Of a stretch of DNA of 64,000 nucleotides, positions 9,373-19,417 are shown one piece after another. Position 1 is the first letter of the stretch. Every line of letters begins with the position of its first letter. The DNA lies in IMG/VR virus record IMGVR_UViG_3300028840_006907, positions 192,001 to 256,000 of that record. One strand, given 5' to 3'. The position numbers were made by a program, and so were the translations under genes. The stretch is from a virus. Under the pieces are notes generated by a model. The model had not been told where the DNA came from and did not search any database. It saw only the letters and a program-made list of their open reading frames with translations.

Positions 9373-10332
9373 ATGAAGTTACCTCAAGTAATTGGTCATG
9401 AAGAATTGAAAATCAGATTGATACCTCGTTTAGAAAAACATCCTGCAGGAGTCTTTCTCTTCTGTGGTCCAGCCAGTGTGGGGAAACGTACAACTGCTTT
9501 TGAAGTGGGTAAATCCATCTTATGCAAAAATAAATCAGAAAAGTGTAAGTGCGATTCATGTAAGAGATTTAATGAAGGTCATCCGGACTTTTTGTGTATT
9601 GGTACTGAAAGTAGAATAAAGGTAGCTGATGTTAATTCTATTATAGATTTTTGTACCACTGCTCCATTTTTATCAAATAGTAAAATTATTGTTATTGATA
9701 ATGCCCATGAAATAACTCTTGAGGCAGCTAACCGGTTATTGAAATTATTGGAAGAACCTCCTTTAAATTTTTCCTTTTTCTTAATTACGTCAAATCCGGA
9801 AGCAATAATACCTACTATTGTTTCCAGGTGTATTAGGTATGAATTTGGAAATTTATCCCGAGAGGAACTGACTATAATTATAAAGAAGAAATTGGGATTC
9901 AGTCCTAAAAAGGCTGAAACTCTGGGATGGCTTGCAGCAGGTTCTTCATTAGATATATTCGATAAGGCTGGAGAGTATTTAAAATATCGAAACATGGCTC
10001 TTGAATTGGTTTCGAATATGAAAAAAAGATATCTGGTAGATTCTATTGATTATATCGATAAGATCGAAAAAGGTGATTTATCTCTTTTTAATGATATGAT
10101 TGTTTTAGTATTAACAGATTTAATATTATTAAAAAATAATATTTCAGAGATTGCAAATATAGATAAGAAAGACAATCTTGTTAAAATAGCTGAGATTTAT
10201 AATGACCGAGCATTGATAGGAATTGTTGGGTTATTCAGTCAAGTAAAAAGATACTTGTATTTGAATATAAATCTGAATCTCTATTTAAAAAATGCTGTGA
10301 TAAAAACATATCCATTATTTAAGGCGGATTAA
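9373..10332 (+). CDS. holB: clamp-loader AAA+ subunit, DNA polymerase III delta-prime-like
   Basis: 319 aa; P-loop FCGPASVGKRTT, cysteine cluster CKNKSEKCKCDSCKRF typical of HolB/DnaX zinc module. Confidence 0.6.
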   Translation: MKLPQVIGHEELKIRLIPRLEKHPAGVFLFCGPASVGKRTTAFEVGKSILCKNKSEKCKCDSCKRFNEGHPDFLCIGTESRIKVADVNSIIDFCTTAPFLSNSKIIVIDNAHEITLEAANRLLKLLEEPPLNFSFFLITSNPEAIIPTIVSRCIRYEFGNLSREELTIIIKKKLGFSPKKAETLGWLAAGSSLDIFDKAGEYLKYRNMALELVSNMKKRYLVDSIDYIDKIEKGDLSLFNDMIVLVLTDLILLKNNISEIANIDKKDNLVKIAEIYNDRALIGIVGLFSQVKRYLYLNINLNLYLKNAVIKTYPLFKAD

Positions 10333-11297
10333 TGAAATATAGGGAAGCTTTAACTTCATTACGTTTTAAGAAGAATACAAAATTTGCTCTAGTTGGTAAA
10401 GAGAGTTATTTGAAAGAATATTTCATTAAAATAGCAAATAAAATCTATAATACTTATACAATAAAAACATTTTTCCCTGAGGACCAGTCAGAAGCTCTCA
10501 GTCTATTGAGATGCGATTCTTTATTTGAAGATAATTTTTTAGTTTTAAATAATTTTGATAAAATGAAGATTGACATTTTTCAGGATACTTTAAATACCTA
10601 TGATGGAGTAGTGGTTATTACTCTCTCAGAAAAAGCTAATATAAAATCGAGAGCTATCACAAAAATTTTTAGTGATTTAACTGTAGTTGAGTGTTCTAAA
10701 CTGCGTGAATACGGCAACGATTATCCTTTATGGATAAGAGGATTGATAACAGAAGCAGGTTTTAGTGCAGGTGATAATATTGACCAATTGCTTTTTTCTA
10801 GAGTTGGGCCGAATATGCATGTCCTTGCTCGGGAACTGGAAAAATTGTTTTTATTAAAATCAGAGGAAAAAGTGATTACTTCAGAGGATGTGAAAAAAGT
10901 CGTTGCAATATCAGCAGTAAGTACTGCATTTGAATTGTTTGAACATCTTTTAAGAAGGAATGTTAATAAAGCGTTGGCTTGTTTTTCCTCTTATTCGAGA
11001 AATAGTGATAATTTTTTCGAGATTGTGTCATTTATAGGTTCTTATCTTGAAAAGATGTATCGGATGATTCTTTTACGGGAGAGAAAATTTGATGTTAATG
11101 ATGTAGCTGATATAGTAGGTATACCTAAATTTCTTGTAAAAATGAAATATTTGCCGTGGGCCTTATCTTTTGGGAAAAATGGTCTCGCTAAAAAAATAGA
11201 TGCTATCTGTAATTTAAACATTCAGTTAAGGTTATTTAGGGGAAATAAAAAAATTCTCTTTGAGAGATTTATTTATAGTTTTTCAAAAGATTATTAA
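10332..11297 (+). CDS. putative clamp-loader delta-like subunit
   Basis: 321-aa ORF translationally coupled (TAATG) to the delta-prime-like gene; size and position fit HolA, sequence support weak. Confidence 0.35.
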   Translation: MKYREALTSLRFKKNTKFALVGKESYLKEYFIKIANKIYNTYTIKTFFPEDQSEALSLLRCDSLFEDNFLVLNNFDKMKIDIFQDTLNTYDGVVVITLSEKANIKSRAITKIFSDLTVVECSKLREYGNDYPLWIRGLITEAGFSAGDNIDQLLFSRVGPNMHVLARELEKLFLLKSEEKVITSEDVKKVVAISAVSTAFELFEHLLRRNVNKALACFSSYSRNSDNFFEIVSFIGSYLEKMYRMILLRERKFDVNDVADIVGIPKFLVKMKYLPWALSFGKNGLAKKIDAICNLNIQLRLFRGNKKILFERFIYSFSKDY

Positions 11298-11305
11298 TTT
11301 GTTGT

Positions 11306-11983
11306 TTGCATTTTTTTAAACACGTTGTAAGATTATATATGGTTTTAAATGATGTTGAAGGTGCGGTCCATCTCATTCATGAGCATGGTGAAAGATTCGA
11401 AGGTTGGTATTTTTCTAAAAATATTTTAGAGAAAAAAGACCTTACACTTAAATATAAAAAGATCCAGTTAACGTACAATTTTAATGTACTGGATTATAAT
11501 TTTCGTTTTGTTATGCCTTCCAGGATAGAGTTCATTGGGGGCCTAATTTCTTATTCAAATGGGGAACGGGAATTAGGGATATTTAGGTTTCCGCGTGATG
11601 CTGATGGTAAGTTTATAGCTCCTATATCTTTGGATAATAAAGAGATAAATGATTACATGAATTTATCAAAGGATGCAATAGATAAATTACTATCTTTAAA
11701 AGAACCTTTAATTTTTGAAGCCTTTAGAATACCTCAATATGGGTTTGAGTTGTTTGACCTAACTCCTGAAATTATTGAGGATATAAGAAAAGACACTGAT
11801 GATGAGTTTGTGGAGTATGTAAAGAGTGTTCCCGACCGCGTCATTAAAGAGAAAACAGCCGAAATCATAAATAAAATTAACTCTGGGATTAATTATCTTT
11901 TAATACTCAGAAATGTCTTGAATCGTCAATGGAAAGACCTAAATGAGGTATCCTTGGCGACAGATGGAATAATACATATATAA
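11306..11983 (+). CDS. hypothetical protein
   Basis: 225-aa ORF. Confidence 0.5.
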   Translation: MHFFKHVVRLYMVLNDVEGAVHLIHEHGERFEGWYFSKNILEKKDLTLKYKKIQLTYNFNVLDYNFRFVMPSRIEFIGGLISYSNGERELGIFRFPRDADGKFIAPISLDNKEINDYMNLSKDAIDKLLSLKEPLIFEAFRIPQYGFELFDLTPEIIEDIRKDTDDEFVEYVKSVPDRVIKEKTAEIINKINSGINYLLILRNVLNRQWKDLNEVSLATDGIIHI

Positions 11984-12002
11984 GTATAGGAAATCAAATA
12001 AG

Positions 12003-15000
12003 ATGGAGATCGAGATGCTATCACCTTTTGGGAAAATTGTCTGGGAAGATCGATACGCGCTGAAGGATGAATATGGGAAATTAATTGAAAAAAATATTTT
12101 AGAAACATTTCGTAGAGTTGCTACAGCTATTGCTTCTAAGGAAAAAGACTCTAAGTTTTGGGGTGACAAATTTTATAAGATTATGGCAGACCAATCTTTC
12201 TGTCCAGCCGGTAGAGTCCTAGCCCATTCAGGTACACATTATTCTCAACTTCTCAATTGTTTTGTTCTCCCATTCCAGGATGACAGTCTGGAAGAGATTA
12301 TGAACACTGGTAAAAACATGGCTATTGTTCAAAAATATGGTGGGGGCTGTATTGGAGGTGAGAGTAATATTCTTACTAATAAAGGTGTTGTACCATTAAA
12401 AGAAATTGTTGAAGGAAATGATAAAGATCTTAAAGTACTATCTTTTAATTCTGATAATAATGAGATGGAATACTGTGATATTTTAGAAAGACATACAAAT
12501 AATTTATCTGGGGATCGTGTATTCGAAATTGAGTTCGATAATACAAAAGGCGGTGTTGCATCAAGAATAAGAGCTAGCGATTGGCATCCCTTTTTTGTTT
12601 TTGATGGAGTAAAGATAATCCAAGTACGTGCTGATGAGTTAAAACCTGGGATGGCTGTAATAGGCTCAACTGATTTAGGGGTAAATTTAAAGTATGATTC
12701 TATGGGTTGGTTATTAGGTTATATTGCTGGTGACGGTTCGATTGATACTAATAATGGGGAAGATGTACGTGTTAGGGTAGTAGATGACAGTGAAGAGTGT
12801 GTTAAACGTGCAGCAGGAATATTTAATACATCTTATAAACCTTCTAGTGATAAACGTTATAAAGTAAAAATGTGGGCTTGTGAGGTTTATGGAGATGAAG
12901 CTGGGATGGTAAAGGATGAGTTTGGGGGGTATCAAACTAGTGGTACAAAACATGTCCCGAATTCTATCTGGGAAAGTTCTCCTGAAAGAAGACTTTCTTT
13001 TTTAGTTGGGCATATTGATGCAGATGGCTGGTTTAATAAAGAGAAAAAAAGATTTGAAGTTTTTACTGTTAGTAATGAATTGGCAAAAGAATTAATAGCC
13101 TTAGCTGGTGGTCTTGGTATTCGGGCTTCACTACGTTTTAGAAAATCACGTAAAGAAAATGAGCAAGATGGTTGGGAAGTTAGGTATAGTAGCTCTCAAT
13201 TTTCGATTGATTTAATTGTTAATATTAGTGCAAAACATAACCCACTCAATGCTGGATGGGTTATGGGTACTATAAATTTATCTCATGAATGGAAAGATCA
13301 TTTAAAAAGCGTAGGTATTAATGTTTATACAAATAAAGCATGGAGAAAGTCAATTGAAATTGATGGTGTAAAAAGATCATTAGTTTATTGGTTACAGCAT
13401 GGTAAAGCTTCAAGAGAAACTGCTGCTTCTATTCTTAGAGTGTGTGGTGAAGAAAAGATAGCAAGTGCTGTTTTATCTAGCCAAATAGTACTCTCTTCAA
13501 AGGCTACAGGAATTTCAGAAACATTATATGATCTCACTATTGCAAAAAATCAAACATATATGGCATCAGACCCAACTACAGGGGCTTATGTTGTTGTGCA
13601 TAATACAGGATTTAATTTCAGTAGGCTCAGACCATCAGGTTCATATATAAAAGGTGTCAATGGTCGTAGTAGTGGACCCATCGGATTTATTAGCATGATG
13701 TCAACTATCTCAGAAATAATTGAACAAGGCGGGACCCGCAGGGGCGCGTCAATAGGGCTTCTTGAGGCATGGCACCCTGATTTATGGGAGTTTGTTTCTT
13801 ATAAAACTGAACATAATTGGGAATGTCTTCGAGAATTTATTGATGTGAATGATTACGATAAATGGGAATCATTTAAATATGAAAATTTATATAAATGGCA
13901 AATGTTCAATGTCTCTGTAGGAATTACTGATGATTTCTTAGAATCTGTTAAAAACAATAAGGAATGGGTATTTAATTGGAAAGGGGAAGAGTGGGAACTT
14001 TATACCGTTATTTTTAAGAAATATATAAGTGAAGGTAATTACAAAGAATTAACATTTGAAGTTACAGCTAACAATGATCCTACTGCTATATGGAAAGTAA
14101 GAAAGAAAATACCTTATCCTACTGGTAGTGATATATTTGAAGTTACATCAAAAAGAAAAGTAAAAGCTTCCGAGATCTGGGATAGACTGTGTTATAATGC
14201 CTGGGCTGATGGATGTCCGGGCATTATCAATTTAAGTACTGCTCGTAGGATGCATAATTTAGAATATGCCTTCCCTATAGAAGCTACTAATCCTTGTTTT
14301 ACTGGAGATTGTAAATTGGATACTATCAATGGTCCTATGACTTTTGAAAGTCTTGAGGATAAAGAAATTGATCTTAAAACTCCATATGGTTCTATTGAAA
14401 AAGGTAGAATTTGGAAAACAGGGGTAAAATCTACTATCAGATTAAAATTTAATGATGGTAGTTCAATAACGGTTACTCCCGATCAACTATTTTTGTGTCA
14501 TAAAGGAAAAGAGATACGGGCTAAGGATTGTTTAAATAAATGTTTAAATACTTCGGATATACCGTTAAGTGTAGTTTCAATAGAGGATAATGGTGAACAA
14601 GAGGTCTATGATTTTTCAATCCCATGTAATTGGGGTATAGTTAATGGAATAGTGGCTCATAATTGTGGGGAGCAACCTTTAGGGGGATTTAGTTCTTGCA
14701 ATTTGTCAAGCATACTCCTTCCTAATTTTGTTATAGAGGATACCAAATCAGTTGATTGGGATAAACTTAAAGAGGTTGTTCATACTGCTGTCAGATTTTC
14801 GGATAATGTTGTAGATAATTGTGAATTTCCGATTCCGGAAATTAAAGATAAAGCATATCAGGAAAGACGTGTCGGACTAGGTACTATGGGAGTTCATGAC
14901 ATGTTAATCAAAATGGGACTAGATTATGATAGTGATGTGGGTCGTGATGCTGTGGAAGAGGTATTAAGATTTATTCGGGATGAAGCTTATAAAGCATCAA

Positions 15001-16085
15001 TTAAAATTGCGGAAGAGAAGGGGTCTTTTCCAGCCTTTAAAAAGAAAGAAATTTTAAAGAGTGGGTTTATAAAAACACTTCCACCAGAGATCGTAAAATT
15101 GATTGGGAAAAATGGTATTAGAAATAGTGCCCTTTTATCCCAGGCACCCACAGGATCGATCTCAGCGTTAAATAACGTTTCATCTGGGTGTGAACCATGG
15201 TATTCATTATCCTTCCAAAGAAACACTCGTTTGGGTTCCTATGAAGATGGTTGTCCAACTTATATTGAATGGAAGAAAAATAACCCCGAAGCTCCCATAC
15301 CATCCTATTTTAAAACAGCTCCAGAAATAAGCCCTACAGATCACGTAAAAATGCTTATTCTTTTTAGTAAATACATTGATTCAGCGGTGAGTAAGACAGT
15401 TAATCTCCCAAATCATACAACAGTAGATACAGTTAAAGAGACATTTATTTATGCTATGGAAAATGGTGTAAAAGGTCTGACTGTTTTTCGGGATGGTTCT
15501 AAAGAAGGTGTTTTAGTAAATAAACAAAACAAGAAAAAAATTGAAGAAATAATTCCATATACAGATAAAGAAGATTGTTATGAAAATGTAATGTCTCCTA
15601 AAAAGCGGGGAGATAAAACAACTGGTTCAACATATCGTATTCATATGCAAAGTCATAATTTATATGTTACAGTTAATCGAAATAGAGATGGTGATTTAGT
15701 AGAGCTTTTTACTACAGTTGGAGAGAGTAAAAAACCTAATGCACATCATACTAGTGGTGTTGAAGATTCCTGGGCAGAGGGTCTTGGTAAAATAATTAGT
15801 CTAGCTCTGCGTGCAGGAGTGAAACCTAGTTCAATAATTCGGAATTTAAAAAATATTCCATCAGATAAACCAGTATTTGTTACTATCGGTGATAATGAAA
15901 ATTCTGAGCATATACCTTCTCCACCTCATGCTATTGCTAGGGTAATAGAAGATGAGATGAGTAATGGTGAAGAAGAAATTAATATTCAAGGAGGTTATTG
16001 CTCAGAATGTGGCTCAACAAATACTAAAAAGAAGAGTCCCACTTGTTACGAGTGTTTTGACTGTGGCTACGTAGCTTGTGGTTAA
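12003..16085 (+). CDS. nrdJ: ribonucleotide reductase, class II (adenosylcobalamin type), containing two inteins
   Basis: Extein motifs GGG/TGFNFSRLRPSG and TNP/CGEQPL restored after removing two in-frame insertions; C-terminal Cys-rich tail. Confidence 0.8.
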   Translation: MEIEMLSPFGKIVWEDRYALKDEYGKLIEKNILETFRRVATAIASKEKDSKFWGDKFYKIMADQSFCPAGRVLAHSGTHYSQLLNCFVLPFQDDSLEEIMNTGKNMAIVQKYGGGCIGGESNILTNKGVVPLKEIVEGNDKDLKVLSFNSDNNEMEYCDILERHTNNLSGDRVFEIEFDNTKGGVASRIRASDWHPFFVFDGVKIIQVRADELKPGMAVIGSTDLGVNLKYDSMGWLLGYIAGDGSIDTNNGEDVRVRVVDDSEECVKRAAGIFNTSYKPSSDKRYKVKMWACEVYGDEAGMVKDEFGGYQTSGTKHVPNSIWESSPERRLSFLVGHIDADGWFNKEKKRFEVFTVSNELAKELIALAGGLGIRASLRFRKSRKENEQDGWEVRYSSSQFSIDLIVNISAKHNPLNAGWVMGTINLSHEWKDHLKSVGINVYTNKAWRKSIEIDGVKRSLVYWLQHGKASRETAASILRVCGEEKIASAVLSSQIVLSSKATGISETLYDLTIAKNQTYMASDPTTGAYVVVHNTGFNFSRLRPSGSYIKGVNGRSSGPIGFISMMSTISEIIEQGGTRRGASIGLLEAWHPDLWEFVSYKTEHNWECLREFIDVNDYDKWESFKYENLYKWQMFNVSVGITDDFLESVKNNKEWVFNWKGEEWELYTVIFKKYISEGNYKELTFEVTANNDPTAIWKVRKKIPYPTGSDIFEVTSKRKVKASEIWDRLCYNAWADGCPGIINLSTARRMHNLEYAFPIEATNPCFTGDCKLDTINGPMTFESLEDKEIDLKTPYGSIEKGRIWKTGVKSTIRLKFNDGSSITVTPDQLFLCHKGKEIRAKDCLNKCLNTSDIPLSVVSIEDNGEQEVYDFSIPCNWGIVNGIVAHNCGEQPLGGFSSCNLSSILLPNFVIEDTKSVDWDKLKEVVHTAVRFSDNVVDNCEFPIPEIKDKAYQERRVGLGTMGVHDMLIKMGLDYDSDVGRDAVEEVLRFIRDEAYKASIKIAEEKGSFPAFKKKEILKSGFIKTLPPEIVKLIGKNGIRNSALLSQAPTGSISALNNVSSGCEPWYSLSFQRNTRLGSYEDGCPTYIEWKKNNPEAPIPSYFKTAPEISPTDHVKMLILFSKYIDSAVSKTVNLPNHTTVDTVKETFIYAMENGVKGLTVFRDGSKEGVLVNKQNKKKIEEIIPYTDKEDCYENVMSPKKRGDKTTGSTYRIHMQSHNLYVTVNRNRDGDLVELFTTVGESKKPNAHHTSGVEDSWAEGLGKIISLALRAGVKPSSIIRNLKNIPSDKPVFVTIGDNENSEHIPSPPHAIARVIEDEMSNGEEEINIQGGYCSECGSTNTKKKSPTCYECFDCGYVACG
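12348..13604 (+). mobile_element. intein 1 with LAGLIDADG homing-endonuclease domain (419 aa)
   Basis: Starts Cys (CIGGESNIL), ends VVVHN followed by Thr; two LAGLIDADG-type blocks LLGYIAGDGSID and FLVGHIDADGWF; splits the RNR GGGxGxxxSRLRP motif. Confidence 0.8.
14295..14663 (+). mobile_element. mini-intein 2 (123 aa, no endonuclease domain)
   Basis: Starts CFTGDCKLDTING, ends NGIVAHN followed by Cys; splits the RNR NPCGE active-site motif. Confidence 0.75.
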
Positions 16086-16123
16086 TATATAAACAAAAGG
16101 TAATTTTTAAAGGAGATCGATCT

Positions 16124-16429
16124 ATGATTACAGAGATCCAAGGTAATTGTATTTCAAAAGAAGGTAATGTAATAGTGGATTTTTATACAAGTACATGTAG
16201 TCCTTGTAAAGCTTTGAACCCTATTTTAGAGGAAATTTCTGAAATTGAAGGGTTAGTAGTTCAAAAAGTTGATGTTACGAAGAATCCTGAATTATCTCAA
16301 CAATTTGGGGTGATGAGTGTCCCTACTGTGGTATTCATGAAAAATAATCAAGTGAAGAATACGGTACGGGGTTTAAAATCCAAAAATGATTTGCTATCGA
16401 TGGCAAGGAAATGCTTTAGTGGACGATGA
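16124..16429 (+). CDS. thioredoxin-like protein
   Basis: CSPC active-site motif (YTSTCSPCKAL); AGGAG RBS 8 nt before ATG at 16124; directly downstream of RNR. Confidence 0.7.
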   Translation: MITEIQGNCISKEGNVIVDFYTSTCSPCKALNPILEEISEIEGLVVQKVDVTKNPELSQQFGVMSVPTVVFMKNNQVKNTVRGLKSKNDLLSMARKCFSGR

Positions 16430-16733
16430 AAAGTATAAAATAGAATTAGATCTGGATAGGAATAGAATAAAATCTGTATTATTGGAAACATATAAAACTT
16501 GTATGAATGTACTTGAAGTTGATTTCAATATAACTGCAGATGAATTTGTCTCAAAAGTAAATAAATTTCTTGAGAGTAATCGGGTGGCATCGGTGCCTAT
16601 TTCTTTGAATTTACCATCTAAGAAATACCCTGAATTGAAGATAGATGTAAATTTTCAAAAAAAGAGTGTCATTGCCAGGATGCTTAATAAAAAGAAACGT
16701 ATACTTTTAAATAGGTATCTAACTAAATTATGA
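16386..16733 (+). CDS. hypothetical protein
   Basis: 115-aa ORF; start uncertain (overlaps thioredoxin end). Confidence 0.4.
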   Translation: MICYRWQGNALVDDEKYKIELDLDRNRIKSVLLETYKTCMNVLEVDFNITADEFVSKVNKFLESNRVASVPISLNLPSKKYPELKIDVNFQKKSVIARMLNKKKRILLNRYLTKL

Positions 16734-16927
16734 AAGAAAAAATAAAAGTTACAGGTAAAGTTAAGTCAACCTCTGATCCATTTTTAATGGATAGAACAAG
16801 TTATCATTTAATTACAGTTGAAACTGACCGAGGTTTATTTAGCCTGCCTGTTGAGAGACCAGATTCATATAAACTTTTTGAAGAGGTAGAAATTTCTGTA
16901 GTTATTAAAAGTAAAGATAAAAAATAA
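16730..16927 (+). CDS. hypothetical small protein
   Basis: 65-aa ORF, ATGA start/stop overlap. Confidence 0.4.
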   Translation: MKEKIKVTGKVKSTSDPFLMDRTSYHLITVETDRGLFSLPVERPDSYKLFEEVEISVVIKSKDKK

Positions 16928-16928
16928 T

Positions 16929-17414
16929 ATGTCTATTAATCCTTTGTTTTTAAAATTTCTAAATCGTGAAGCTCCTGTACTTGAAATGTTGAGTTCATTT
17001 TCACGGTCTAAAGATCCTTATACTTCTGAGGCTGCTAATGAATTAATGGAAAATCCTCCTGACTTGGAGGAGTTCCGGAAAGAATTTATCGATGCTGTAA
17101 GAGATATTATTAAAGAAGGACCAGGTAAGGAATTTTCTGCTTTTGTTGACCATTATATGGCACCTTCTTTAGAAGAGGATGTAAAAACTGTTAAGGGTCA
17201 ACGGGGTGAAAACATACATCGTACAGCTAGAGTAAAAGACAAAAATGAACCTTGGGTGCAAGCTTTAATTTGTTATAATCTCTGTCTTTATATCAGAGCT
17301 TTTGGTTTAGAAGCTTTAAAAACATGTAAGGTTTGCGGTAGATTTTTTGCTCATAAGGGAAAATGGGCCGTATACTGCAGTGACGTATGTAAATCAAATA
17401 AAAATAAGAAATAG
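16929..17414 (+). CDS. hypothetical protein with C-terminal zinc ribbon
   Basis: 161 aa; CKVCGRF...CSDVCK. Confidence 0.5.
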   Translation: MSINPLFLKFLNREAPVLEMLSSFSRSKDPYTSEAANELMENPPDLEEFRKEFIDAVRDIIKEGPGKEFSAFVDHYMAPSLEEDVKTVKGQRGENIHRTARVKDKNEPWVQALICYNLCLYIRAFGLEALKTCKVCGRFFAHKGKWAVYCSDVCKSNKNKK

Positions 17415-17421
17415 AGATAAT

Positions 17422-18177
17422 ATGATAAAGATTGGTGCTGTTTATTGCGTCTATGATGCCTCTACATTTTTATATGAGTCTGTTCATAGAATTTATCCTT
17501 TAATGGATAAAATTGTTTTCATTATAAATACAAAACCATGGTATGGTGAACCTGTACAAGATGAACCTTTTAATACCTATAAAAAGATTCTGTCTATAGA
17601 AGATCCTCAGAATAAATCTCTCATTTTAACAGGTACTTGGAATAATGAAGCTTCTCAAAGAAATGATGGCTTAAAATTATTAAAAGGTCTTGATATTGAT
17701 TGGTGTCTTATAGTAGATGATGATGAACTTTATAATCGCTCTGAATTGCTCTCTATTATAGGTATGCTTCAGAATGCTGAGCATGCTGCTTATTTAATTT
17801 ACCATCAAATTTATTGGAAAAACAGAAATACTATTATTGAAGGTAAATTTGGTTCTTTTCCTACTTTTACTAGAACTAATGGAACTGTGCATTTTAATGA
17901 GGATAGAATGATACTTGTTAGTGAACCTCATACTTGGTTTACAATATCTTCAAATAATATAATGTGTCATCATATGTCTTATATACGTTCAGATTCTGAA
18001 ATGTTGAGAAAAATCAAAAATTTTTCTCATGCTGATGGAGTACCTGAAAATTGGTATAAGGAAAAATGGTTGAATTGGAATAAGGATACAGTTAATTTAC
18101 ATCCTTCACCTAATAATGCTTTTAAGAGAGCAATCTCAGTTTCAGAATCAAAATATAATCTTGATCCAATTTTTTAG
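17422..18177 (+). CDS. hypothetical protein, possible nucleotide-sugar transferase fold
   Basis: ATG at 17422 just after upstream stop; acidic DDDE (DxD-like) motif; assignment weak. Confidence 0.3.
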   Translation: MIKIGAVYCVYDASTFLYESVHRIYPLMDKIVFIINTKPWYGEPVQDEPFNTYKKILSIEDPQNKSLILTGTWNNEASQRNDGLKLLKGLDIDWCLIVDDDELYNRSELLSIIGMLQNAEHAAYLIYHQIYWKNRNTIIEGKFGSFPTFTRTNGTVHFNEDRMILVSEPHTWFTISSNNIMCHHMSYIRSDSEMLRKIKNFSHADGVPENWYKEKWLNWNKDTVNLHPSPNNAFKRAISVSESKYNLDPIF

Positions 18178-18191
18178 TTATCGAAAACTCT

Positions 18192-18208
18192 CCTTCGTGT
18201 CGTATAAT
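18192..18208 (+). promoter_or_regulatory. phage promoter-like motif CCTTCGTGTCGTATAAT
   Basis: One of four copies of TCGTGTCGTATAAT-like elements; -10 hexamer ends 4 nt before the UDG ATG. Confidence 0.45.
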
Positions 18209-18212
18209 AAGT

Positions 18213-18812
18213 ATGGGAAAAACAGAAAGATTAAAAAAACTTGAAGAAATTGCAGAGAAGTGTTATAACTGTGAATTAGGTAAAACACGTAATAGGTTAG
18301 TCTTTGGTGAAGGTAGTGCTAACTCAACTTTTATGATAATAGGTGAAGGTCCTGGGGAAACAGAGGATAAAGAAGGTCGTCCTTTTGTGGGGAGATCAGG
18401 TCAATTATTACGAAAGATGTTAACAGCCATTGATCTTAATCCTGAAAAAGACGTTTTTATTGCTAACATAGTAAAATGTCGCCCTCCGAAAAATCGGGAT
18501 CCTAAAAAGAATGAAATTACAACATGTATAAAATTTTTGAGAAAACAGATAGAGATTATTGAACCGAAATTAATAATTCTTTTAGGTAAGTCTGCAGTAA
18601 AAGGCATTTGCCCTGATTTAGCGAAAGAGAGTGTTGAAAGATTACGTATTATATCAAAAAATCTCGGTATGTTAATTTACAATGATATTCCAGTTGTTGT
18701 TACTTATCATCCTAGTGCTTTACTAAGAACTCAATGGAGAAGAGTAGGTGCCAAGGAAGATTTTGAATTTCTTCAGAATGTTTATAAGGAATTCAAGAAT
18801 GATGAGCGATAA
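18213..18812 (+). CDS. uracil-DNA glycosylase, family 4
   Basis: GEGPGETEDKEGRPFVGRSGQLL and HPSALLR motifs typical of family-4 UDG; N-terminal CxxC pair. Confidence 0.8.
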   Translation: MGKTERLKKLEEIAEKCYNCELGKTRNRLVFGEGSANSTFMIIGEGPGETEDKEGRPFVGRSGQLLRKMLTAIDLNPEKDVFIANIVKCRPPKNRDPKKNEITTCIKFLRKQIEIIEPKLIILLGKSAVKGICPDLAKESVERLRIISKNLGMLIYNDIPVVVTYHPSALLRTQWRRVGAKEDFEFLQNVYKEFKNDER

Positions 18813-19413
18813 AAATAGGAGTTTTTGGGAAAAAATGCATAAAGATAATAGTAGATTGTGGTTAACCGATTCTGATCCGAATTATGTCTATGAGTTACAC
18901 AGTTTGACAAAAGATTTAATTAGATCTAAATATAATATTCTGGAAGTTGGTGTCGGCACAGGTAGATCTATTATTCGGTTAAGTGACATGCATTCTGTCT
19001 ATGCCGTAGATATAGCGGAAGAGGCATTAAAGAAGGTTAGGTTATTTGCTACTACTATTCAGGTTTATGATGAAGAGAATTGGCCTAAAGATAAAATTGA
19101 TATAGCTCTTTGTCATTTAGTATTTCAACACTGTAATGATAATAATTTCAGGTATTTAATTAGGCAAATATTAGAGAGTTTAACTCCTAAAGGTTATTTT
19201 ACTTTTCAAAGTGCTGATGCAGAGAAAAAGAATTTAAATAAAAATTATAAAAAATATGTAAAAGAGAACCACATGTATTTTAGGTCAAAAGATGATGTGA
19301 CAAGAACCGTTGAAAAGATGGGGGGAAGAGTTTTATCTATTTCTGATGATATTGTTCATATCAATGAATGTTATATAGTTTGGAATATTTTCAGAGTAAA
19401 AAGGTCCTTTTAA
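18799..19413 (+). CDS. class I SAM-dependent methyltransferase
   Basis: Motif I ILEVGVGTGRS; start taken at ATG 18799 (track ORF begins 18748 inside UDG). Confidence 0.6.
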   Translation: MMSDKNRSFWEKMHKDNSRLWLTDSDPNYVYELHSLTKDLIRSKYNILEVGVGTGRSIIRLSDMHSVYAVDIAEEALKKVRLFATTIQVYDEENWPKDKIDIALCHLVFQHCNDNNFRYLIRQILESLTPKGYFTFQSADAEKKNLNKNYKKYVKENHMYFRSKDDVTRTVEKMGGRVLSISDDIVHINECYIVWNIFRVKRSF

Positions 19414-19417
19414 ATAA

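Noticed and set aside
9579-9995. 138-aa minus-strand ORF inside the delta-prime-like gene
   Set aside because: Fully embedded antisense ORF with no signals; the sense-strand gene has clear AAA+ motifs.
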